Assembly: GCA_011109175.1 (NCBI GenBank)
Contig: RDEW01000026.1
Coordinates: 389,695-453,694, forward strand
DNA from: Dicyema japonicum
Taxonomy: Eukaryota > Animalia > Dicyemida
Reading direction: 5' to 3'
Length of the DNA: 64,000 nt
Below, piece after piece: positions 11,061 to 22,420 of the stretch (its first letter is position 1; every line of letters starts with the position of its first letter). The notes under the pieces are model-generated. The model worked only from the letters and a program-made list of their open reading frames with translations, was not told where the DNA came from and made no database searches. Made by a program: the position numbers and the translations under genes.

Positions 11061-12512
11061 TCAAGGTTGGTCCCTTATAAACTTAAATGGGACATATCCA
11101 TATTGTCCCCCCTCATTCATACACTTAACCCACCCATTCTCATCCTCCTCACTAAACCGAAACAACTTCTGACCTACCAACATCACCAAACCATCATACC
11201 CGCTCGGAACGTTAGTTCATCTTCCTCCCCAGCATTATAGTCATACAGGGCCATCACGGAAACATGTCTCCCAAACTCGGGGGAACAGGTCCCACTGTCC
11301 ATCCTCACAATCTCATCATTACAAATGGTATCATTATTAAGGTTCAGACTCGTCTTGGCTAGTCGCAGATACGAGTCCGACATGGCATCCGACGATTGTT
11401 TAGTCGACATCCTCGCCAGGGCATTTACGTTCTCCTGCACTGTGGCGTCCTTCTGAGTAAATAACCACGGAAACCTCAAAGACGAACCCATCCAGTTCTT
11501 TACGGGGACCTTTCTGTTCAAACCAGTACTCCAGGCTTTTATTAGCTTCAAACAGCATCAGAGCCCCCTCCAATTTGTCATATATGGAGTACACGTCTGT
11601 ATTACACACTTTGATGAGGTCCAACAGATCATATGAGACAGATTTGACAAACTCCACTCTCTCCTTCTCAATCTGCTGACATGAATCAAATAATCGAGTC
11701 ATTTCCTGAGAATAGCAGTCCTTCCGGTCGTTCACCAGTCTCAGTGCCTCCTCATATGCTAACTTAGAGTACTCATGCTCCTTCCTCAGCCTTTCAGTCT
11801 TCTCCCTGATTTTATCGTTATCTTGTATGCCCCCCTGTTCCAGAACACATATATTTTTCTTCAAATCATGATTGTGTAGTTTTCGGGTGACCATATTGTA
11901 GTCTGATTTAGTCTTCTGCATCCGACTTACTCGGTCTGTCCACTCTTTTTGAGCCTTTAAGTTACTCACGTGACTTACTAATTTGAATCGACTCTCGTGG
12001 TCCTTCACGTTTTTGTTCTTGAACAACAATTTGTTGTTATTCTGGGTCCAATTCTTAATTTCACCGCTTTTTGAGTTCAGGGACGCCCCCAGGTGGACTA
12101 GGTTTCCAGACAACTGGGCGGGCTCCATCAGCACTGTCTCCCAGATCTGTTTGATTACTCCATACTCTTCCGCTAAAATATTATCAAAAGAATGTAAAAT
12201 ATTGGCGATAATAAAGCCACACTATGTTACTGCTGTGCTAATCCCCAGACAAACCCGTTGTTATGGCAAATGGCTGGGATTTCATCGATTATACTTACAT
12301 TTGTTAACTTTGTTCTTCCATTTGTTGGATAACTCTGATAGTTCCTTAGCGTGGTTGAGTACAAGCTGTGCCCGTTCATGAAAATACAGCCGCAGATCCT
12401 CAACGGATTTGATACCAAAATGTAGCCGACGCACAGTAGGCATGTATCCTCCGGTATCCCAGAAATTATTACGTTCCTTTAGTTTTTTTGAACTGCCGGA
12501 AGATTTAATCAT
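11061..12512 (-). CDS. PACSIN: PACSIN/syndapin (F-BAR + SH3), 4 exons
   Basis: NFWDTGGYMPTVRRL..HERAQL matches the PACSIN F-BAR start; SH3 ALYDYNAGEEDELTFRAGQKL..EEDEWGW..GYVP. Introns at 12173-12298 (126 nt), 11453-11474 (22 nt) and 11174-11199 (26 nt) splice to one open frame ending in TGA at 11061-11063. Confidence 0.93.
12190..12281 (-). ncRNA. Candidate intronic H/ACA-box small RNA in PACSIN intron 1
   Basis: Hairpin (aatcccag/ctggggatt), hinge ACAGCA fitting ANANNA (12236-12231), second hairpin (tggc/gcca core), then ACA (12195-12193). Folded by eye; no target identified. Confidence 0.42.
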
Positions 12513-13019
12513 GCAACAATAAGAGTAAGCGGGAAGTTATTTTATTTATATCAAATTTTAAAAATAATCAATTTATATATAATGATTATTTTAATAAATA
12601 TTTTTTAATTTATTTATTAAGTAAAATATTAAACAGTTAAATGAGCACTTAATTAGGAAGCTAGAATGGCCATGCTGTCTCGTCTATATTTATTTATTAG
12701 TGGGGTTTTTGGCCATAAAAACAGTACAAAACCACAAGATCCCCGCTATTTAGTTATGTCACAAAGTCTTAATCCATCGGTTGACATGAATTTGTTAATT
12801 ATCAATTTCCCGCAAACTATGGAGCTGAACGTGCAGTTTAACACTCAGTTGGTAAACTTAGATTAACCAGAGCTCTTAATCCGCTTAGTTAAGCCATAAT
12901 TTGACAGTCATAATCTTTGGTTTTATTAGATAATTTATTTTTAAAGTAACTAAGCATTTTAATCGAATTATATATTTAAAATCAATATTTTCACTTTAAA
13001 TAATGGTTATCTAAGCAAC

Positions 13020-13342
13020 TGCTACTTGATCTCTTCCAAAAGACATCATGTTCTTTATGTAGCTTAATTGGGTCGACTTAGTTCCCATCGACGGGGTAAT
13101 CACTCAGGAGACTACTTTTAGCAGGGCTTATTTATTGCTACTTGCAAGTGATAGACAGTAGTTTAGTGACATTCTATCAGGCTACCACTTAATCCACTAA
13201 CAATTAAGTACAAATACTCTTAACTATCATTCTATACATACAGCTTCTTACAGATGATCCTTTGGCCGGACGCGATTCGAACCCGTACACTTGCATCCGA
13301 CAAAGGGAAGACAAGGGCTTCTACTATAGTAAAGCTAATTAG
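13020..13342 (-). mobile_element. Putative tRNA-derived SINE (second family)
   Basis: Minus strand reads ..gtacgGGTTCGAATCGCgtccggcc (B-box-like) near the 5' end, followed by about 250 nt of non-coding body; A box poor; one copy only in window. Confidence 0.35.
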
Positions 13343-14987
13343 TAGGGCGGAAATTGTCCTATTTAGTACAAAAAATAGGACAGTCCTATCTGTTTTATTT
13401 CAAAGATAAAGTTGTCCTAAAATAGGACATAATAATTATTTTTTAGTTTTTTTTCATTTCATTTTAAATTACACGTTTTAATTTGCTTTTTGTTGTGTAT
13501 TAGCAGTCTTCACCTAATTAATCTTCAGAGATTACCTATTGGTGTTTTTGGGTTAATAATAATAATTTAATGGCAGGTTTGTATTTTCTCAATTTTTAAA
13601 ACTATTAGAACTCAGAGGAAAAATAAGGAACAAATTTCAAAAGCAATTTAAAAACTTATGCATATTCACAAGAACACGTAAAGGAGATTTGTTTTGCCAA
13701 AATCTTTACAATTCAATATTACGATTTACTCAAAACGTAATTTTAATAACCAAAAAACAATTTTATGTGAAAGGTAATTTTTTATCATAGTATAGTTGTG
13801 TGACGCTAGGAGTTATTGTTGACAACTGTATCCTCATATCAGGTAAGTTTCGGTAGATGCATATAGTAAAGACCCGACTGTACGTATAGCCTTTCCTGAG
13901 ATATCAGGATATTTTGATTTGACGTTGATTCTGATGGTCAATAAGATGTTCATATTAATTGATGTTAGATTTTCTGGTATTATTTTAACTTTGAATGGAT
14001 TTTGAAACCAATCGTCATATATGGAAAATATTTCGCAATGTTATCATCCAAAATTACCAAATGATCTTTGATGTCCTGAAGTACTGTATCATCCAATGCT
14101 CATTTTAATTTATCCAGATACTCTTGTAGCCTGTTAAATCATCAGTAAATTCAGTACATTCGAATGTTATGATTCATTAGAGATGCTTTTGAAAAGTTCT
14201 TTTTAAAAATTTCGAATTTGAAATTATTTATTAGCGATGTGGCTCTTTCTGTGGAGAAGGCTGGCAAAATACTGAAAAATGAAAATAATAAAATTTTTCA
14301 TATTACTTGTTTTTGTCATTGCTACAAAATTGTACAATGAAAATAATGTCAAAATATCCACTTAATTGAAAAAATGAAAATTTCTCTTTTGAAATTAATA
14401 AGGCACAGAGCTATGTTTGATGAGATTAAATTCCTCCATTATCACAAAATGGGGGAGTTTCTTAGAGGCGGCATTTTATTATTTGAAAATCTCGTTTCAA
14501 TAAAAGACAGTGAACAATTTTTAAGACGATAGGATTATAGTTGCAAATGTGAAGCAATCAATAATGAATGGAAATTTTAAAATTGCGAAATATAAATGGC
14601 TAAAATCTAATTTAGAAAAATTGCAAAACTCACAGTATTCAATCCAAGAAAGTTATGCAGATTTTGAAGAGATCAGTTTTATCTCGGTAAAGGAGGATAT
14701 TGAAAATTATTTTAATGAAAGGTATGAGAAGAATAATTTTATGGATGCTGTTAAAATGACTAGCAAATCAATAAATCCAATGACACATTGCAACCTTCTA
14801 AAATATCCCGCTGCTTAAATTGCAGTGTGACAATCTCTCTCCCGTTTGAAAAAACAGATGTCAAAAGGTAGAAATTTCAATAAAATCAATATTAAAAAAA
14901 TATTTAATGCTAAATTAAAATTTATCTAACAAGGAACGAATTTTGTCTATTAAATTTCCTAAAAAATGTCCTATAATTTCCGCCCTA
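13343..14987 (+). mobile_element. Decayed TIR DNA transposon, hAT-like
   Basis: Terminal inverted repeats TAGGGCGGAAATT / AATTTCCGCCCTA; interior has a degraded transposase-like frame (ORF 14549..14818) ending in a hAT-dimerisation-like region. Confidence 0.55.
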
Positions 14988-15389
14988 TTAGACATTATGT
15001 GCAATATAAGTAAAGTCTCACCTCAACCTTCCGATCAATTAGCCACGTGGTTACTAATGCGTGACTAATAGAACAGCCACATTATACCCTATTATAGTCT
15101 TTGACTATTTAATTGAGATGAACCCAAAACAGGGTCCTCGTAGTTAATGGTCCTAGTATAAGCCACTGTAAAAGGGAACTTGTTGTGTTTGTTTGACCCC
15201 TAACAATGTTAATAATCGATTCGCCTTGATCTGATGTGGTTATTTAAACCCGCCTCAAAATGAAAAACATAAACCCGCAAACAAACCACGTGTGAGTCAT
15301 TTGGATTCTTAAATGGTAGATCTTTAACGGCCCCCTAAAGCAATCTCCAAGTTCCACGGAGCCAGTTTTAGGGTTCAATGGCTCAAGTT

Positions 15390-16228
15390 TTTTCCCCATG
15401 GAATTGCAACAAAGAAGTACAGTGACTCTTTCTTTTCCCTGTTTAAAGCCAAAAGTATCGTCATTTATTTCGACAAACGACTTTCGTGGAGTCTTTTTTA
15501 TATAAAGAGCAGTTTCATCACAATTAAAAACATTTTGTCTTCCATATTGAATAATTTTCTCATCAAGAATTTTAAAAAGCTCATTGATGTAAGTCAAGTC
15601 ACATGAATTTTTTTCTCCACAAATTGATTTAAATTTCAGTTCATGTAGCTTTTTAAATCTGTCAAGCCAGCCGTTTAAAGCTTTGAAAGTATCAAATCCA
15701 ATTTTTGAAGCCGTATATAAGGCAATTTTTTTTATGAAAGGACCTGATATTGGAACCTTATCTTCGCGTAGTTTCTGAAATATTTCAAAAACTTGATCAT
15801 CGAATTTAGATTTCTCAGAAAAAGGCTAAGATCCTCATCCGTGTTTACAGTTCCTTGTTCAAGAAAAGGTACAATTGTTTTTTTTATTCGCGAAATCATG
15901 CCTTTACTAGTTTTGTATTTTTTAATTATCTGTCTTTCAGATAATTTGTTCTTCAATATCAATTTAGCAATCGTTAATTTGTTTCGTAGTTGATAACCAT
16001 TCACAACAAAAAATGTAAATAAACGTGTAAATTAAAATTATATATTTATTAATAAAATATAATTTTATTTACTTATAATTTCATTCCCCACAATTTTATA
16101 GTGCCCCAAAATTTCCATATTTTTTATCGATTTTCCATTTTACTCTGCCAAAATGTTGGCCAAAAAAAATGCCTCAAAATCCGAGGGTGCCTTACCCCTG
16201 GGGTCTGCCCCAATTCGGGGTCGGACTG
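15390..16228 (-). mobile_element. pogo/Tigger transposase (HTH, CENP-B HTH, start of DDE), 3'-truncated
   Basis: ORFs 15732..16004 and 15244..15597 (LSERQIIKKYKTSKGMISRIKK; VFNCDETAL..KERVTVLLCCN); left TIR CAGTCCGACCCCG.. ends at 16228 next to TA. Confidence 0.88.
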
Positions 16229-16249
16229 TACTAGTTTCATATTCGTACG

Positions 16250-16935
16250 ACATTGTTTTGGCCTCACGCGATCGGGATATCCAAAATGCTACAGAAAGAT
16301 TACAAATTAACCTGGACCGACTCAACGTCTGGGTTATGAAGAACCGACTCACAGTAAATTCCAGAAAGTAGGTCACGTCTATGTTTACTTCGGACAAAAG
16401 GTTGGGGAAGAAGACTGTCACCTTAAAATTGGACAACATTGAAATCCCCTTCACCAAATGTCAGAAGATCCTTTATCATTACACGTTGCAAATATTGTTC
16501 TGAAGTGCGAGAAGAGGATCAATGTATTGAAATGTTTATCTGGAATATGGAAGACCAGTATCCACCCGGTCTTGATGAAAATCTACAAACAATACATTGA
16601 ACCATGCTTCTCGTACGCGTGTGCTTCGTAGAAACCTTCATTATCATGGACGAATACTAAGAAAATCGAGGACGTACAAAAGAAGGCTTTCAAAGTCACG
16701 GAGCGGTGGACTTGTGGGAGACACAGAACCGGACCGACTACTCTGGAGGCCCTCATAAAACTAAACTCCGACATGCGGGAAGGTGGCTCTGCAAATACAG
16801 TCAGCCGTCCAGTACGAGCTTGTGTAGACACGAGAGAGGAGCACCGGGACAGAATGATGATTTTGGTGGAACGCATCTGGATCACGTGATAGCTAGTTTG
16901 GTTTTACCGTGATCCTGGGTGTTAAATAAATAATC
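16250..16935 (+). mobile_element. jockey/I-like LINE 3' portion (RT thumb to 3' UTR)
   Basis: LQINLDRLNVWVMKNRLTVNSRK..KIYKQYIEP..YA; C-terminus EEHRDRMMILVERIWIT* and 3' UTR shared with 460-675. Confidence 0.7.
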
Positions 16936-17199
16936 CCAAATCCTAACCCAAATCCCTAACTTTAAACCGTAGTTTTTTATCCTTGAACCTCAACCATGTC
17001 AAATTCTAATTTTTACCATCACTTTGTAAAAAATAGCTAAGTGTGATCTCATCCCCAAGCAATTTTCAGCATCAACCATAATCAATACCTAATCTCATTC
17101 CTAATCAACAACTAAATCTAATCTCCAGTTAAGCCAGAAAGATTAAAAATGGAAAGTCATTTAAAGTAATCTTTTAACTCGGCTTTGGTGGACTATCAT

Positions 17200-17800
17200 T
17201 ATTTCAGAGTTGCCACCATCCATGTGACCATAGTTCCTTGGATATCCACTACTAGATAAACTGTAGTGTCCAAGTGCTCATATAATTGATTTTTTTCGTT
17301 GTTTGATTGTAATCACAGTCCATTCGTAGAATGACTCTGTCTCCTAAATTCAACGATTCTTCATTTTTCCATCTTTTTTTTCGCATTTTTTCTGCAGCTA
17401 CCAAAGTATGACTTCGAGCAGAGTCCCGTGTCAACGATAAGTCTTCATCTTCGTAATCTATTTGAATGTTCATCTGATATTTGTGGCGGATAATCCACTC
17501 CATTGACAATCTTGAATGGAGCGTCCTTGGTGGTCTCGTGATTGGGAATATTGTAACTGAATACAATATCTCCCAGGCTGCATTAATATTTCCCTAGAAT
17601 TCCTTCAGTAGAGGAAAAGGATGATAACCATTTTTAGAGATTGATTTAACCTATACACTATTACATAAATGGTACCTCCCAACCTGGCCTTGAACCCACG
17701 GACTTCCAAAAATATACTCTTTCTTGAAAGCGACGCATCAAGATATCCATTTTCTAGATATTCGATTATCTGACGAAACTCATCAATGTTCAACTTGAAG
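17200..17800 (-). mobile_element. Decayed integrase-type (Ginger/KRAB-A-domain-2-like) transposon fragment
   Basis: Peptides MNIDEFRQIIEYLENG and AAEKMRKKRW..LNLGDRVILRMD resemble the N- and C-terminal parts of these integrases; catalytic core not visible. Confidence 0.38.
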
Positions 17801-17959
17801 CTTAGAACTATGTGCAGAAATAATTTTTTATTTTTAAATATTAATAAAGTTTTTTGTTAATTAAGAATAATAAAATATTATTAAAATGATACTCTATTGA
17901 TGTTGACTGGTTTTTTGCTACTTTATTATTTTAAAATATTAACGATTTTAACTAAAAAT

Positions 17960-18345
17960 TACACCATTCAACTTAGAAAAATCTGAATTATCCAGAAAAC
18001 TAATTTTTATTTTGATTGTTTCTTTGGGAGTTCCACGTACGGACAGATATTGGCAGTTTCAACTTAGAAAAATCTGAATTATCCAGAGAACTAATTTTTA
18101 TTTTGATTGTTTCTTTGGGAGTTCCACGTACGGACAGATATTGGCAGTGACTACATTCCATTGCTAATATCCGTGGATATGAAAATAATTAATGAACCTG
18201 GAGTCTTTGTCGGTTACGATACCAAGAATCTAAACTGGAATCACTATAGGATGTTAATTGCAAAGGAATTGATTTTAGGGCATACCGAGCCCAAGACTCG
18301 TTTGGAAATTGATAAAACAAGTAAACGAGTAACGGATCTGATATT
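17960..18345 (+). mobile_element. jockey-like LINE, end of APE endonuclease domain
   Basis: ORF 18107..18373 DIGSDYIPLLI..YDTKNLNWNHY resembles the SDH..P..I / ADW..Y junction after APE. Confidence 0.45.
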
Positions 18346-18351
18346 ATACTA

Positions 18352-19636
18352 CAATACGACCCCGCCCCAATAAAACCCCGGCCTTGGGCATCCTCTGTTT
18401 TGGGGGCGATTAAAATTAATTAAATAAAGATAAAAATGAAATAATAAATTTTAATATTATCGATTAAATTTCTCTTTAAGTCAAGGAGCATGTCGGTTGA
18501 TCATTTAGCCACTCGATGTGGATCCATGCTCTGCCACGACTATGTGTGGAGGCACAACGAGGTAGTAAGGAGTCTTCATCTTCTACTATGCAATAAGTAT
18601 GGTATTCGCCACACCAGAAAGTTGCGGACTCATAAGGTGNCCTTGGGCATCCTCTGTTTTGGGGGCGATTAAAATTAATTAAATAAAGATAAAAATGAAA
18701 TAATAAATTTTAATATTATCGATTAAACTTCACTGTAAGTCAAGGAGCATGTCGGTTGATCATTTAGCCACTCGATGTGGATCCATGCTCTGCCACGACT
18801 ATGTGTGGAGGCACAACGAGGTAGTAAGGAGTCTTCATCTTCTACTATGCAATAAGTATGGTATTCGCCACACCAGAAAGTTGCGGACTCATAAGGTGCA
18901 ATCTGTAGTAGAGAACACCAGGGTCCAAATTAAGGTAGACAGTGTTATCCGTACCTCGGTGCTAGTCAAGCACAATAAACCGGACATTGTGGTACACGAT
19001 AAGGAGTCTGGCCAAGTCCTTATCATAGAGGTTGGCATCACGTCTCAAGACCGTTTGCAGACTGTGGAGGTGGAGAAAAAAAGGAAGTATGACTTTCTTG
19101 CAAACGAGATGGGGCAGATGCTTGGTTGCAAGGTCCTCGTTATTCCTATAGTAATGACGTGGGAAGGAATTGCAACAAAGTACCACAAGGGTTATCTGAA
19201 GCAGTTGGGGGTAGATAGGAAACTCCAGGCCTATCTACAGTCCACTGTGTTAAAGCGGACCCTAGAGAGCCTGACACTGGAGTATAGGAGGCAGAGCCCT
19301 GAGATGCCATATGGGCAGAGGGTTCAATTAGACAAGGCGCTCTCGGAGTTGTTTCAGCAACCAGAATCGAACCTGCCTGAGGAGGATGGCGAACAGGCAG
19401 GCGAGGAAGGTTGTTGATTAAATATATTAACTTTTTTATTGTTTGTTAAATAAAGTGGGGTTATCGATTAAAAAAGTGCCCCAATAAGCGGAGTTTTGTA
19501 TTTTAAATTTAGGCTTCCTATTGGTCAAAAAAATGTAAAAAATGTAAAAATCATTCAAAATAATATTTATTAAAAAATCGCCCCAAAAACAGAGGGTGCC
19601 CCAAGGCTGGGGTTTTATTGAGGCGGGGTCGTACTG
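18352..19636. mobile_element. pogo-family MITE with about 60-bp TIRs and TA TSD, carrying a LINE insert
   Basis: Left end CAATACGACCCCGCCCCAATAAAACCCCGGCCTTGGG.. versus right end (rc) CAGTACGACCCCGCCTCAATAAAACCCCAGCCTTGGGG..; TA on both sides. Confidence 0.82.
18478..19480 (+). mobile_element. R4/Dong-like non-LTR 3' fragment encoding zinc-knuckle tail and RLE endonuclease (222-aa open frame)
   Basis: ORF 18749..19417: SVDHLATRC..RHNEVV..KPDIVVHDK..IIEVGIT..EKKRKY (PD-(D/E)xK nuclease); first part duplicated across the n at 18640. Confidence 0.9.
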
Positions 19637-19659
19637 TAATTTTAGAATATTTTTAAGCA

Positions 19660-20760
19660 TGCCTGCGAAGCTTAGTCGCCACCTGAAACAGAAGATTTCC
19701 GATTCTTTAATGAAAGAAAATATGTCAGAAAGAAAAATTTGTCAATTATACAATATTGGAAAAGGAACTGTTTCACGAATTAAAAAAGAAATCGGAAAAG
19801 GGGTATCAAAAACACAAATATGCTCTGATGAACTCTCATCTAAGAAGTTCGAATCAGATCTTTCTATTTGAATTGATCGATTAGTATTCGAAGTCTTTAA
19901 AAATTTGAGAGAGGATGGTATTTCAGTTTCAGGATTTCTCCTCAAAACTATTGCAAAAAAATTGCAGCTAATCTTGACTTCAATGATTTCAAATCATCAA
20001 ATGGATGGTTGGATCGATTTAAAAAGCGCCATGAATTATTGTTCAAATTAATTTCGGGTGAAAAGAACTCGTGTGACAGAAATAAAGTCATAGATTTTTT
20101 AACGACTACAACAATTTATTTGATAAATACAAGAAAAAAGATATTTTTAACTGCGACGAAACCTCTATTTTTGTTAAAAATTCATGTAAATCATTTTTCT
20201 TCAAATGATGATTGTTTTGGTAAAACGAAAAGCAAAGTTTCATTTCTTTTCAGTCTTGAAGGTGAGAAATTAAAGCCTCTTGTTATCGGGGATTCTAAAT
20301 CGCCAAGATGCTTACAAAATTTACAAACTGAAAATTATGGGGTATATTTTATTAGGTTTTTTTTAGGTTTTATACACAGCGTCGAAAACGCTTGTGTGAC
20401 GACTGATATTTTTGATAAATAATTACAAAAAATAAACTTTGAAATTGTCAAAAAACAGAGAAATTTTGATTCTTGTGGATAATGCACCGTGCAACAAATT
20501 TCAAGAATTTTCAAACTTATCATTTTTTAAATTTCCTAAAAATACTACAGCACTTCTTCAACCTTGGAGTCGAGTAACAACAACAACGATTGTCAATTGT
20601 TGGATGAAAATAAACGAAGAAACAAGTGTTCGTGAAATTAATTCAAAAAAGCATCTGAATTATTTAATAAACATGTTTCAGGGTTAACGGAACTTGAAAT
20701 AAACGGAATTGAAGATAATGGGACTTTGATAATGGAAATGATGAGATTGAAGATTTTTGT
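19660..20760 (+). mobile_element. pogo/Tigger transposase, frameshifted
   Basis: MPAKLSRHLKQK..SERKICQLYNIGKGTVSRIKK; GWLDRFKKRH..ISGEK; LKPLVIGDSKSPRC; ILILVDNAPC..PKNTTALLQP. Confidence 0.88.
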
Positions 20761-20999
20761 TTAAAAGATTCAATAAGAATAATGAATAATCTCGAAACTT
20801 CTTTATTCAATACTTGCCTTGAAGGGCTCAAAGAATACTATGAATTCAGAATAAAAATTTCAAAGGGGGCTTCGATTATTTGACAAACGACGCTGAGTCT
20901 CTTCTGGGACCTCCAAAGCCAGGACTTGTTGTGCATGTGTTCTCAATTTGGTTAACCGACTTCTATGCTGTTTTGCTGATTCTTCAGTCAGATTTGTTT

Positions 21000-21370
21000 T
21001 GCAATAAACCTGATGTTTTTGTTTACGACAAAAAAAAGAGATAACCTTAATCGGTGTGGTACCTCACAAGACCGACTAAAGCAAGTTGAAGTTAAGAAAC
21101 TTCACAAATATGACTTGCTTGCAAATGAACTTGGGCTACTCTACAAGTGAAGATTATTCCAGTGGTTTTGACATGGGATGGAGTTGTCTCAAGATGCTTA
21201 AGGAATCACGTGGATAAAGTTGTTCTGAAGAGAACGCTTGAAAGATGCTTATTGAACATAAGCATGGGATGAAGGTATACGATGAAAGTACGCCTCTGCT
21301 ACCTCCCAACTTGTGGAACTGGCATGCCGTGAGGACAGCCCGCTGGACTCTGAAATACATTGACTGAATC
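21000..21370 (+). mobile_element. R4/Dong-like RLE 3' fragment, decayed
   Basis: NKPDVFVYDKK..SQDRLKQVEVKKLHKYDLLANELG, homologous to 61599..62237. Confidence 0.72.
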
Positions 21371-21579
21371 TGATGTGGAAATGCGGAATAACAGGTAGTT
21401 TATGGCACACTCTTCTTCTAAGAGAACATGTATGGATCGTTCAAATAACAGGGGACGAATAATTTACAATTCGCATGAATGTGTGTTTTTTAACAGTATT
21501 TTCACGAGAGCCATAGTATTTATAGTTCTTCATAGGCAAGACACACTTTTTTCACATTATAAAAAATAAGCACCAGACT

Positions 21580-21874
21580 GGTGGCATAGTGGTTATGTGT
21601 CGGGCTTAAGTGGCTTAGGTTACGGGTTCGATCTCGCTGCTGTTCACCTGGTGGAAGGTTCCACGCATCTACGATGCAGAAAGGGTTTGACGAGTGACGC
21701 CGTCATCAATGGATACTCACTGCGGAACTGGATTGTCTAGAAAGTACACTCACACAAAAAAAAGAAGTTGGTTCTACGATTAGTTAAAATTAACTGTTCT
21801 TCACTTAAATAAAGTGTGTGTCCTGCCTATGCGGAGCTATAAATACTATGGCTCTCGTGAAAAGGCTTTAAAAA
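21580..21874 (+). mobile_element. tRNA-derived SINE, full length with 12-bp TSD
   Basis: A box TGGCATAGTGG, B box GGTTCGATCTC, structured core, A-rich tail; direct repeat aagcaccagact at 21568-21579 and 21875-21886; second copy at 61259-61580. Confidence 0.85.
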
Positions 21875-22079
21875 AAGCACCAGACTCGGATGTCTCTCAC
21901 TAAGGTGGATCTGATGACGCCAATAAAAGAAAGAAAGAGATATTTAATTAAATAGTTTAGAATTCAGCATGGAATTTGATTCAGAAATAAGAACACAAAT
22001 TAAAGTCTCCATGAAACTCATGATTTATTAAAAATTACACCAAAAAATGAATCTTCTACAACATTTATTAATTCATTGA

Positions 22080-22420
22080 ACTTAATCCAGGCCCTCCACT
22101 ATCAATTCTGCAGATAAACATTAACGGAATCAATAGCAAAAGTCTCGAACTACAGTCTTTCATTAAAGAACAGAACAGTGACCTAATTTTACTTCAAAAA
22201 AGCAGACTTACTCCATCACATACCCTGCATTTTCCAGGATACCACTGCATCCGCCTGGACCGCTCAAACCGCCGTGGTGGGGGTCTCCTCATCATTATAA
22301 GAGATAACATTCGATTTACGGACATCTCAGCGAAACTACAATCACTAATAAACGATGGGACTACGGAAATATCTGGGATATCAATTACAAGTGGTTTCGG
22401 GACTCTCAAATTACAAACAT
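22080..22420 (+). mobile_element. jockey/I-like LINE ORF2 APE endonuclease N-terminal fragment
   Basis: Plus-strand frame LSILQININGINSKSLEL..DLILLQ..FPGYHCIRLDRSNRRGGGLLIIIR. Confidence 0.82.

Noticed and set aside
11983-12381. Plus-strand ORF of 132 aa and similar antisense ORFs (34788..35021, 47336..47818, 59885..60241)
   Set aside because: Shadows of real genes or TE frames on the opposite strand.
14990-15240. Possible additional SINE or repeat body
   Set aside because: Single copy in the window, with no Pol III boxes or TSD.
21580-21650. tRNA gene
   Set aside because: A and B boxes are present but there is no cloverleaf or acceptor stem, and it is embedded in a TSD-flanked repeat; it is a SINE head.
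21910-21935. ctgatga..gaaa resembling a canonical hammerhead core
   Set aside because: No pairing partner for stem II and no downstream GUH/stem III.
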